Virus record (IMG/VR): IMGVR_UViG_3300019459_000030
Coordinates: 1-32,299 of that record
Direction: 5' to 3' (one strand)
From: a virus
Lineage: Duplodnaviria > Caudoviricetes
DNA: 32,299 nucleotides
Both the position numbers and the translations under genes were made by a program. The notes beneath the pieces are model-generated. The model searched no databases. It saw nothing but the letters and a program-made list of their open reading frames with translations, and was not told where the DNA came from. How positions within the stretch are numbered: the stretch's first letter is position 1; every line of letters begins with the position of its first letter. This document shows, in pieces, positions 1 through 7,838 of this stretch.

Positions 1-279
1 AAGCCTGAAGCAGTAGCACAATACAGAACATTGTCTGATAAAGGACAATTAAAGTTTGTTGTAGGTTCCGAACAACAACAGTGGGATGAGATGGAAGATG
101 CTATCGCACAATTTAAAGCACAAGGGGTTGATTATCCTGTTTGGGTAATGCCAGTTGGTGCTAGAGAAGAAGAACAAACAGCAACAGCCGGAGCAGTTGC
201 TAAGATGGCATTCGAACGTGGATATAATGTAGCCGCAAGGGTACACGTATACTTGTTTGGTAATGCTATCGGAACATAG
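1..279 (+). CDS. queE: 7-carboxy-7-deazaguanine synthase QueE (radical SAM), C-terminal fragment; 5' end lies outside the window
   Basis: Frame is open from base 1 (KPEAVAQYRTLSDKGQLKFVV...). LKFVV, VWVMPVG and terminal RVHVYLFGNAIGT match the QueE C-terminal pattern (lKfVv...v.lqP...s.qlHk.lw). The CxxxCxxC motif is not in the window. Confidence 0.75.
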   Translation, partial: KPEAVAQYRTLSDKGQLKFVVGSEQQQWDEMEDAIAQFKAQGVDYPVWVMPVGAREEEQTATAGAVAKMAFERGYNVAARVHVYLFGNAIGT

Positions 280-287
280 GAAAAGTT

Positions 288-632
288 ATGGACTTTATAA
301 AAAACTTATTTGGTAAAGGTAAAGCAGAAAAGAAGCCTGGACTAAGTGATAAAGAAGTTGCTACAAAGAAAAAAGAACCTTGGGTGGGCGTGTTGAATAC
401 ACACGTTAACAAAGAAAATGTTCGAAATGGCTTCTTTGAACTTGACTGGAACCAGTACTTTATAGTACAATTAAAACAACAAGGGTATGGAGTTGAAAAT
501 GATCCAGACGAAGAAGTAGTTGATCGTTGGTTTAGAGAACTTTGTGCAAATGTAGTAGTCGATGGTGACTACGGAGGACCGTTGGAAACTGGGTCTTTAG
601 ATATCAGTTCCGTGAAAAGAGAAAATGAGTAA
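288..632 (+). CDS. hypothetical phage protein
   Basis: 114-aa ORF with SD-like AGGA upstream; overlaps the next gene. Confidence 0.8.
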   Translation: MDFIKNLFGKGKAEKKPGLSDKEVATKKKEPWVGVLNTHVNKENVRNGFFELDWNQYFIVQLKQQGYGVENDPDEEVVDRWFRELCANVVVDGDYGGPLETGSLDISSVKRENE

Positions 633-1617
633 AATGACGCACATCATAGTTGATACAGCAAACACGTTCTTTCGTGCAAGACACGTTATAAATGGCGATG
701 CAGATATTAAGTTGGGTATGGCTTTCCATATTACATTGAATAGTATTAAGAAGGCTTGGCAAGACTTCAATGGTACACACGTTATCTTTTGTCTTGAAGG
801 ACGTAGTTGGCGTAAAGATCATTATGAGCCATACAAGCGTAATAGACAGGTTGCACGTGATGCATTAACAGAACAACAGCAAGAAGAAGATAAAGTATTC
901 TGGGAAGCATTTGATACATTTAAAGATTTTGTTTCTGACAAAACTAACTGTACTGTTCTGCAACACAATGAACTAGAAGCAGATGATCTTATTGCAGGTT
1001 GGGTACAAGCACATCCAGATAGTGATCACGTTATTATTAGCACTGATACAGATTTCCAGCAGTTAATTGCTCCGAACTGTCGACTGTATAATGGTGTACA
1101 AGAAGTAACTACAACTACAGAAGGTTTCTTTGATAAGAAAGGTGAACTAGTAATTGATAAGAAAACAAAACTACCTAAGGTAGTAGATCCAGAATGGATG
1201 TTGTTTGAAAAATGTATGCGTGGTGACACAAGTGATAATGTGTTTAGTGCATATCCAGGTGTACGTAAGAAAGGCACTAAGAACAAAGTTGGTTTGCTAG
1301 AGGCGTTTGCTGATAGACAAACTAAAGGCTTTAATTGGAATAACTTGATGCTACAACGTTGGGTTGATCATAACGGTGAAGAACATCGTGTACTAGAAGA
1401 TTATGAACGTAACAAAACTATTATTGATCTTACTGCACAACCTAGTGAAGTAAAAGAAAAGATAGAAAGCACAATCAGTACAGCAATTGAAGCAGATAAA
1501 AATATAAGTCAAGTTGGTGTAAGACTTATGAAGTTCTGTCATTTGTATGATTTGAAGAAAATATCAGATCAAGCACAAGCATATGCAGAACCGTTAAATG
1601 CGAGGTATAAAATATGA
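625..1617 (+). CDS. rnh: T4 RNase H-like / FEN-family 5'-3' exonuclease
   Basis: PIN/FEN motifs IIVDTANTFFRARH, SWRKDHYEPYKRNR, EADDLIA and IISTDTDFQQL, plus H3TH motif GDTSDNV...PGV. Confidence 0.88.
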   Translation: MSKMTHIIVDTANTFFRARHVINGDADIKLGMAFHITLNSIKKAWQDFNGTHVIFCLEGRSWRKDHYEPYKRNRQVARDALTEQQQEEDKVFWEAFDTFKDFVSDKTNCTVLQHNELEADDLIAGWVQAHPDSDHVIISTDTDFQQLIAPNCRLYNGVQEVTTTTEGFFDKKGELVIDKKTKLPKVVDPEWMLFEKCMRGDTSDNVFSAYPGVRKKGTKNKVGLLEAFADRQTKGFNWNNLMLQRWVDHNGEEHRVLEDYERNKTIIDLTAQPSEVKEKIESTISTAIEADKNISQVGVRLMKFCHLYDLKKISDQAQAYAEPLNARYKI

Positions 1618-2090
1618 CAGTAATTCAAGCAAAGCCTATCATTGCTAACAAATTTTGGATTGTAGAACAAAACGGTGAACGTATTGCTACATTACGTAAG
1701 AACGAAGAAAACTTTTTTGTCCTTAGTAATGAAAGCACTGTTACACGTTTTAAAGATAAAAAAGCATTACAAGATCAGTTCGGCAGCGACTTTTTTATTG
1801 CTAAAGTAGTTAGAGATAGCAAAGATAGTTTACCTTCAGAAGTACACGGTTTTAGCACAAGTAGTAAGCCACATAATGCTATGTACGATATTAAAAACAA
1901 ACTGCCTTTGTTTACTAAAAGCAAAGATAGTAAAAGTTTATACTGTGCAGGTTACTATGTAATTAGATTTGACAAAGGCTGGGTAAAGTCTTTTTGTCCT
2001 AAGTTAATTACACTACAGCGTTATGAGTATAAAGGTCCATTTAAAACAGATATAGAAATGAAGCAGGTATTAAGTCGTGTCAACAAATGA
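1614..2090 (+). CDS. hypothetical phage protein
   Basis: 158-aa ORF overlapping the previous stop; codon usage consistent with neighbours. Confidence 0.8.
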   Translation: MTVIQAKPIIANKFWIVEQNGERIATLRKNEENFFVLSNESTVTRFKDKKALQDQFGSDFFIAKVVRDSKDSLPSEVHGFSTSSKPHNAMYDIKNKLPLFTKSKDSKSLYCAGYYVIRFDKGWVKSFCPKLITLQRYEYKGPFKTDIEMKQVLSRVNK

Positions 2091-2325
2091 ACTTCCAACA
2101 ACTATGCCTAGTATACAAAGATTGCTACAACGCATATCAAGTGCAGAAAAAAGCAATCAAAAAGAAATAAGAATTACTATACAAGAAGCACGTGAATTAA
2201 CAACTGATTTAGCATTACTTACAAGCAGATTAGGTACTACAGTGCAAGAAGTTCATACTATGTTACGTAAAATTAAACAAGATAGCGAGGAACTTGAAGT
2301 TAAATTTGATGGCGGCGACTTCTAA
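2077..2325 (+). CDS. hypothetical small helical protein
   Basis: 82-aa ORF with GTG start, overlapping the previous gene; ends DGGDF. Confidence 0.7.
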   Translation: MSTNELPTTMPSIQRLLQRISSAEKSNQKEIRITIQEARELTTDLALLTSRLGTTVQEVHTMLRKIKQDSEELEVKFDGGDF

Positions 2326-2332
2326 TTTTTGA

Positions 2333-2338
2333 TAAATA
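2333..2338 (+). promoter_or_regulatory. T4-type late promoter-like motif TAAATA
   Basis: Intergenic gaTAAATAtatacgta, 30 nt upstream of ATG 2369; the same motif recurs before several other genes. Confidence 0.6.
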
Positions 2339-2370
2339 TATACGTAGTTAATTAAGGAAATTACGTATAT
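2338..2370 (+). promoter_or_regulatory. RNA hairpin sequestering the translation start of the 2369 gene
   Basis: ATATACGTA (2338-2346) and TACGTATAT (2362-2370) form a perfect 9-bp inverted repeat, extendable by G-U and two A-U pairs; it includes the AT of the ATG. Confidence 0.6.
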
Positions 2371-2650
2371 GAGCAGACCTAAACCAAATGTGATTCTTGA
2401 ACATACTAATAAAGAATCGTTTAAATTAGAGCAGATACTTGAGAGCGAAGCCATTTGGGCCGTGTTCTATAAAGGTAAGCCTTTTAATTTAAAAAGCGGA
2501 AGTATGATATCTAGTTACCCAGGACCTAAGTATAAGAAAGTATCATTTAGTAATCCAGGTCACGCTAGAAACTTAGCAAAGAAACTTAACAAACTTTTCG
2601 ATACTAATGACTTTACAGTATACAAACTTACAGACGGAGAAAAAGAGTAG
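2369..2650 (+). CDS. hypothetical basic phage protein (possible nucleic-acid binder)
   Basis: 93-aa Lys-rich ORF with SD AAGGA. Confidence 0.8.
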   Translation: MSRPKPNVILEHTNKESFKLEQILESEAIWAVFYKGKPFNLKSGSMISSYPGPKYKKVSFSNPGHARNLAKKLNKLFDTNDFTVYKLTDGEKE

Positions 2651-2651
2651 T

Positions 2652-3047
2652 GTGGACGAAAAGCACAACTACACATCAATATTCCTAAAAGCCGCCGAAC
2701 TTTCCGACGACATTACACCCGATCTTATCAAACAGAAAAAACTACAATGGTGGTGGAATGTAAGAACGAAAGATAGCGGCGGCTTAAGACTGACAGAAGA
2801 AGGCTTGAACTTTATACAAGTTGACGCCAAAATTAAAACATACAAAATAGATTTTCCAAAAGACTTTAGTGTAACACCACAAGTGCTTTTATGGCTTGAC
2901 AATTTCATAGAATCACCGTATTATATAACTAAGAAAGCAATTACAGTTCTTAAAGAACGTAGTGCTTTTGAGTTGTATTTGTTCAGTGGAGACGTTAAAA
3001 AGTTTGGTTACAATAAAGCACTATCCAAAAGAATGAATCAGAATTAA
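2652..3047 (+). CDS. hypothetical phage protein
   Basis: ORF 2607..3047; the likely start is GTG at 2652, immediately after the upstream stop (2650). Confidence 0.75.
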   Translation: MDEKHNYTSIFLKAAELSDDITPDLIKQKKLQWWWNVRTKDSGGLRLTEEGLNFIQVDAKIKTYKIDFPKDFSVTPQVLLWLDNFIESPYYITKKAITVLKERSAFELYLFSGDVKKFGYNKALSKRMNQN

Positions 3048-3069
3048 AATTTATAATAGTAGCAGTTAA

Positions 3070-3075
3070 TAAATA
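3070..3075 (+). promoter_or_regulatory. late promoter-like motif TAAATA, 5 nt before ATG
   Basis: aaTAAATAatattATG in a short intergenic gap with no SD. Confidence 0.5.
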
Positions 3076-3080
3076 ATATT

Positions 3081-3353
3081 ATGATAGACTTGAATCCATT
3101 AGAAGTACTGCAAGAGAGAAAGATTGACGTTTTGCCACCGCACTTTGCAAAACACAAACTTTTTAACAGCAGAAGAGAAATCCAAACTATTTCAGAATGG
3201 GTTAGAGACAAACTTAATGGAAGATATTGCATTGCAAATTATCCGAATTTGGACAGTTCAGATAAGTTAGCAAGTGCCACTTACATTGGGTTTGAAGATC
3301 AAAAAGAACTAACATACTTTATGTTAGCCTGTCCACACTTAAGGAGAAACTAA
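3081..3353 (+). CDS. hypothetical phage protein
   Basis: 90-aa ORF with W....L.GRY.I...GFED.KEL.YFML pattern. Confidence 0.8.
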   Translation: MIDLNPLEVLQERKIDVLPPHFAKHKLFNSRREIQTISEWVRDKLNGRYCIANYPNLDSSDKLASATYIGFEDQKELTYFMLACPHLRRN

Positions 3354-3357
3354 AAAT

Positions 3358-3657
3358 ATGACTGAAGAAGTTAAAAAAGAAGCAGCACCCGCACAAAGCG
3401 GACCTGTACCTACACCAGGTGTAGAACAAGCACCAGCAGCACCAGATCTTAATGTATCTGATCTTACTGGCGTAAAAAGTATCATTGATATCGCTACACA
3501 GCGTGGCGCATTCAAAGCAAACGAACTAGAAGCAGTAGGCAAACTTTACAACAAGTTGAATACGTTTTTAGATCACGTTGCTAAAACACAGTCTGCTAAC
3601 GCAGAAGCACAAGCGGCTGCAAACACTCCGGCACCAGAAGCGCCGGCAGGTAAATAG
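3358..3657 (+). CDS. hypothetical protein with a helical core and Ala/Pro-rich termini
   Basis: 99-aa ORF with strong SD AAGGAG. Confidence 0.85.
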   Translation: MTEEVKKEAAPAQSGPVPTPGVEQAPAAPDLNVSDLTGVKSIIDIATQRGAFKANELEAVGKLYNKLNTFLDHVAKTQSANAEAQAAANTPAPEAPAGK

Positions 3658-3667
3658 GAGACCAATT

Positions 3668-4285
3668 ATGGCAAAAGAAATTAAACACACTGGAAAGATG
3701 AAAAACACAGGCAACAGAGTTGCTGTTGTGTTTAGAACCGTACCAGGTGAATCAGATCAATGTTTAGTCATTGACTCTGCAACTTTACCTGATATGTACC
3801 ACGATTCGCTTATGACAGCAATTGAATCAGACCAAGCACAAGAAAGTTTTGAACTTGGCGAGTATATGTTCAGAAGTAGATTTCCAGATGGTAAAAATAT
3901 GCTAGAAGCAATGCAGCAATCAGGTAGATTGCACAAAGTTGCAACTAGTGATGTTTTGATGACACCAACACCTACAGATAGTGTTGCATTATCAGAACTT
4001 AACAGTCTTATTGCAGAACAAAGAAATGTTGCAGTAGATCAGTTGTACACATTTGTTAGTGGCGCACCTCAAGCAGGTCAAGCAGTAACAGATACTCCTG
4101 CAGAAGCAGCACAACCTGCTCCGGCAGCAGCAGATCAAGGCGCATTAAGCGATAAAGACTTAGCAAAATCATATCGTAGTCAAGCAGACGGAATGTATAA
4201 AGAAGCCGCAAGATTACGTAGAGAAGCAGACGAACTAGATCCTCCTGCAAAGAAGAAGAAGGCTACAGTCGCTGAAAGTGCATAA
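3668..4285 (+). CDS. hypothetical phage protein with Ala/Pro linker and C-terminal coiled coil
   Basis: True start is probably ATG 3668 (MAKEIKH) after SD AGGAG; TAAATA at 3651-3656 precedes it. Confidence 0.85.
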   Translation: MAKEIKHTGKMKNTGNRVAVVFRTVPGESDQCLVIDSATLPDMYHDSLMTAIESDQAQESFELGEYMFRSRFPDGKNMLEAMQQSGRLHKVATSDVLMTPTPTDSVALSELNSLIAEQRNVAVDQLYTFVSGAPQAGQAVTDTPAEAAQPAPAAADQGALSDKDLAKSYRSQADGMYKEAARLRREADELDPPAKKKKATVAESA

Positions 4286-4583
4286 GAAATATTTTAGACC
4301 TCCATCACATATCGTAAAGGAATGGCCTGAAGTATTTGAGGACTTGTATATCAATACGATGCCCATTGCTTATGTGGACACAATGATTCTGGAATTCAGT
4401 GATGGCAGAATATGGGAAATAGATGTTAAAGCCCAAACTGCCAACACTGATCCGGATGAAGTTGCCAAAAAACTATTAGATACTCTGTCTGAGTATAAAG
4501 ACACAATCAAAAAACTAGATTTTAAAATTAATATTGAGTTGTTAAAACAAGATATTAAGAAAAGAACTAGATCAATTCTCTAG
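4278..4583 (+). CDS. hypothetical phage protein
   Basis: 101-aa ORF with GTG start overlapping the previous gene; last gene of the plus block. Confidence 0.75.
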   Translation: MHKKYFRPPSHIVKEWPEVFEDLYINTMPIAYVDTMILEFSDGRIWEIDVKAQTANTDPDEVAKKLLDTLSEYKDTIKKLDFKINIELLKQDIKKRTRSIL

Positions 4584-5754
4584 TATTACCGTAATGTATA
4601 ACTTGATGTAACTTGGAAGTATATTCTCTCCAAGGATCAACCACAACTGAATCATCAGTTACTCTTACATACATTGTTGGATGAGCAAGAAGAACAACTG
4701 CTCTAAAAGGTCCTGGATCTTCTCCATATACTAATGGGTCTACTTTCATAGGATTGAATCCAAATTTATTACAATAGTGTGCTACTAACAATGCATAACT
4801 ACCATCTATATATGGTACTCCAGGTTTATATGCAATGCCATTTATCAAGATAGGCAATTCATTTTTCTTTGCTATTTCACAAAGTTTTTCAGCAAGATTT
4901 TTTGCTTGTACTTCACGTGCATTCATAATGCTATCAAAAATATCATAACCAAGTTCTAATTTTTTAGCCATATATCGTAACGCAATATTATCTCTTGGAT
5001 GACACGCTCCGCCATCGCCCATACCTGCTTTCATATAACTAGGTCCCATAATACGTTGTGTGCTTTCTGCTAAAGCAGTAGTAACTACATCTGTATTAAT
5101 ATTACCTTGACGCTGTGCAACGTCTTGTATCATATTAACAAGTCCTATTTTTGTGCTTATAAATGTATTATAGAAAACTTTTATGCATTCACATTCGTCC
5201 CACGTACCAATTACATAACGTGGAAAGTTATCCATAATCATTTCATAGAAAGTTTTTAGTTCTGCTGCATCACCTGTTTCAGTTCCATCTTCTGTTCCAA
5301 TCATTACCATTTCTGGATTGACCATATCCCAAGCAACTGTACCCATTGCAATTAGGTATGGATTGTAAACGAATCTAGGATTAGTTACTAATTGTACAAA
5401 CTCTCTGCGCACTGTACCAGGCAATACTGTGCTGATTAGCACAAGCAATTGATCTTTATTCATATGCTTGTTTGCTTCAGCCATAACTTCTTTTACAATA
5501 TCATATGAAAAATCTTTTGGCTCTAAGTGTGCTGTAGGTGCTCTTCCATCATAGTCTGGATCGTGTGGTGTAGGCACTGCAATAAAAACAATTTCTCTGT
5601 CCTTTACTGCTTCTTCAATAGTATCTTCTACAATAACATAATCGCTGTCTATACGCTTATCAATATCGTATCCTAAAACACTATGTCCTTTTTTGGCAAT
5701 TACTTCTGCACAAGGCAAACCCAATTTACCTAAACCTATAAATCCTATCTTCAC
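4567..5754 (-). CDS. ugd: UDP-glucose/GDP-mannose dehydrogenase family protein (non-canonical)
   Basis: Rossmann GFIGLGKLG, FIAVPTP, ISTVLPGT, IKVFYN (catalytic K/N), GDGGACHPRD (catalytic Cys) and GIAYKPG. Confidence 0.9.
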   Translation of the reverse strand: MKIGFIGLGKLGLPCAEVIAKKGHSVLGYDIDKRIDSDYVIVEDTIEEAVKDREIVFIAVPTPHDPDYDGRAPTAHLEPKDFSYDIVKEVMAEANKHMNKDQLLVLISTVLPGTVRREFVQLVTNPRFVYNPYLIAMGTVAWDMVNPEMVMIGTEDGTETGDAAELKTFYEMIMDNFPRYVIGTWDECECIKVFYNTFISTKIGLVNMIQDVAQRQGNINTDVVTTALAESTQRIMGPSYMKAGMGDGGACHPRDNIALRYMAKKLELGYDIFDSIMNAREVQAKNLAEKLCEIAKKNELPILINGIAYKPGVPYIDGSYALLVAHYCNKFGFNPMKVDPLVYGEDPGPFRAVVLLAHPTMYVRVTDDSVVVDPWREYTSKLHQVIHYGNTRELI

Positions 5755-5783
5755 TCTACTTCTCCCAATTTTGGTACACTCAT
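5751..5783 (-). other. 10-codon uORF MSVPKLGEVE; its TGA overlaps the GTG start of ugd
   Basis: Strong SD AAGGAG (5798-5793) 9 nt before ATG; GTGA overlap with the downstream start. Confidence 0.45.
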
Positions 5784-5800
5784 ATTTACAATCTCCTTCT

Positions 5801-5898
5801 TACAGCGCATTTAAACGTGGTTTAAAGCACGATAGCGTAACTATTGCTCTTTGTATATAAACACCGCTGTATGACGCTTAAAATGCGTTTAAGGCGCC
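5801..5898 (-). promoter_or_regulatory. structured intergenic element (several nested inverted repeats)
   Basis: TACAGCG/CGCTGTA (5801-5807, 5865-5871), TTTAAAC-GTG-GTTTAAA (5810-5826), ATAG/CTAT hairpin, and an imperfect hairpin at 5873-5898. Confidence 0.45.
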
Positions 5899-7056
5899 TT
5901 AATAATTAACTCTAGTACTAATATTCCACTTGTTTTTCTTTGCTACAAGCACACTATAATTGTGTGCCAAAATAGGCCTTACATTAGCAATAAACTGTAA
6001 AGTTTCTGCTTTGTCCAAATTGCTTAGACGTTCAATTTCATTAACTATTGCAATCATACGTTCTCCGTCATCTTGTATGCTGTCGTATGTTTCGTCAATA
6101 TAAGGACTAAATGTCTTGTATCCTAATTTACGTAAAATAGGTAAACTATTAGGTACTGTAGATAAAACAAACGGATGTCCAATTGCTATTACTTTAAAAA
6201 TTTTTTCACTGAAAAAAGGAATACCTTCGTGATAAGTTGTTTCATTTACTACACTAAAATAAGTTTCTTTGTAAAATTTTAAAATGCTTGATTCATATTC
6301 TGCCCTGTTAGTTACAAGATCGTTTGTATCTAAATAAAGATCAGGTAAGTTTACAATTTCTTTATTACGTTCTATTAAGTCATTTATAAATTTATTATCC
6401 TTATAAATGTGCCTTAGTTCTCTAAACGAACTACGCCAATTATCACCTCTATCACTTTTGCCAAAACTTATATGTCCTTTGTCAAGTAAATTTTTTTCAT
6501 ATAACATTAACATCATTAGAGGACGGTGAGATCGCCATCTTCTATTAAGACATAAAAACTTCTTTGGCCATTTCTTTGTTTTTGTGATACCGATTATATT
6601 TTGATTCTTGTGTATTGTATCTATACCTGTTGCTTCAAATACATTAAAGTAATCTAACTTAATCTGTGGTGCATTATATTTTTCTGCTACAGACTTCACT
6701 GTATCAATCATATTTGGCACAGCACTTAAAAATATAATTTGTTCTGCTGGTACTTTATGTTTAAGCACTATGTTTCTATAAATGCTATCCACAGTATCTG
6801 TAAAATACTCTAAAGCGTTATCTAAAACTAAAAAAGCATTTCCTTGTTTAATTTTATCTAAATCATTTGCAGGTACAATAGCATCAATACTGTAAATTTT
6901 AAAACTTTCTTTATCAGAAAATTGTATATAGAAAAAATCTATGTTCTCGTTTGTTTTTAGTTGAGAACCTACACTGCTATTAATTTTAATTTTTTGCGGC
7001 TCACGTGGATTGTAAGTTTGCAAATAAATTAAGTTGGTTGAATTTAAACACGCCAT
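5899..7056 (-). CDS. putative GT-B glycosyltransferase, GT10 (fucosyltransferase)-like C-terminus
   Basis: KFLCLNRRWRSHR and YFSVVNET...FFSEKIFKVIAIGHPFV resemble the GT10 motif FENS..DYVTEK...L..G.VP; paralog of 7825..9063. Confidence 0.55.
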   Translation of the reverse strand: MACLNSTNLIYLQTYNPREPQKIKINSSVGSQLKTNENIDFFYIQFSDKESFKIYSIDAIVPANDLDKIKQGNAFLVLDNALEYFTDTVDSIYRNIVLKHKVPAEQIIFLSAVPNMIDTVKSVAEKYNAPQIKLDYFNVFEATGIDTIHKNQNIIGITKTKKWPKKFLCLNRRWRSHRPLMMLMLYEKNLLDKGHISFGKSDRGDNWRSSFRELRHIYKDNKFINDLIERNKEIVNLPDLYLDTNDLVTNRAEYESSILKFYKETYFSVVNETTYHEGIPFFSEKIFKVIAIGHPFVLSTVPNSLPILRKLGYKTFSPYIDETYDSIQDDGERMIAIVNEIERLSNLDKAETLQFIANVRPILAHNYSVLVAKKNKWNISTRVNY

Positions 7057-7838
7057 TATAATCTAGTCTGATGCCTTTGTTGCCAAAACTTATTAGTGTC
7101 ATCTAGTGTTTTGCACATATGTACTTTTTCATCCATACTTGCTGCAAAGTTTCTCATTTGTTCTGTGAACTCAAAATCTGTAAACATATTACTAACATAC
7201 TCTGCGTGTCCTAATGGTGTAGGATGATAATCTGCTGTTTGTCCTTTACCATTGTGTCCACGGATAGGTGTTTGTGGCCAAGTGCCATTGTAAACATTTG
7301 TAACAATTGGTTCAGCAATTTTGTTTACAGTATCACTATAAAAGTCTAGTACTCCTGTATGCCATTCTTCTGCAGGTTTTGTATACGTACCGCTTATTTG
7401 TAATTCTATTAAAGGACTCATTGCTAACATTTTGCTGTCACAAGGTAATGAATCTAAGTAACTAGATGTAAGTTCAATGGTTGCAAGATCACGTATTAAA
7501 TAAAATCTGCTATCTGACCATTCGTATACAAACTTAGTATCAATTTCATTTTGTGTATAAATGTTTCCTGGTGTGATCCAATTTCTATTTTTATATCTAT
7601 CTTCTCTAGAAATACTGCTCCACATAACAACTACAAGATCGTTTTGTGTGAACTTGTGCTTCTTATTTGCTTCAACAATACTATTACTAATAAACATATT
7701 GCCTGCACCACTTTTGCCATAGTTGTAATAATCTGGAATCTCAATACCTATAATATCAGCCCACGTAGGCCAAAAGTAATTTGTCATACTACACCCAAAG
7801 GCAAAAAATCTTTTATACTCTTTACTAAATTGCTTCAT
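7056..7838 (-). CDS. SGNH/GDSL-like hydrolase or acyltransferase
   Basis: Block I FAFGCSMT, block II YGKSGAGN, C-terminal DYHP. Confidence 0.65.
   Translation of the reverse strand: MKQFSKEYKRFFAFGCSMTNYFWPTWADIIGIEIPDYYNYGKSGAGNMFISNSIVEANKKHKFTQNDLVVVMWSSISREDRYKNRNWITPGNIYTQNEIDTKFVYEWSDSRFYLIRDLATIELTSSYLDSLPCDSKMLAMSPLIELQISGTYTKPAEEWHTGVLDFYSDTVNKIAEPIVTNVYNGTWPQTPIRGHNGKGQTADYHPTPLGHAEYVSNMFTDFEFTEQMRNFAASMDEKVHMCKTLDDTNKFWQQRHQTRL

Noticed and set aside
3051-3084. Possible third start-codon-sequestering hairpin (ATAATA/TATTAT) before the 3081 gene
   Set aside because: Only about 6 A-U pairs around a long loop in very AT-rich sequence; not distinguishable from chance.
5801-5898. Possible tRNA or preQ1 riboswitch, given the multibranch look and nearby queE
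   Set aside because: No T-loop GTTC, D-loop GG or CCA pattern, and no preQ1-I consensus with an A-rich tail. Kept only as an unassigned structured element.
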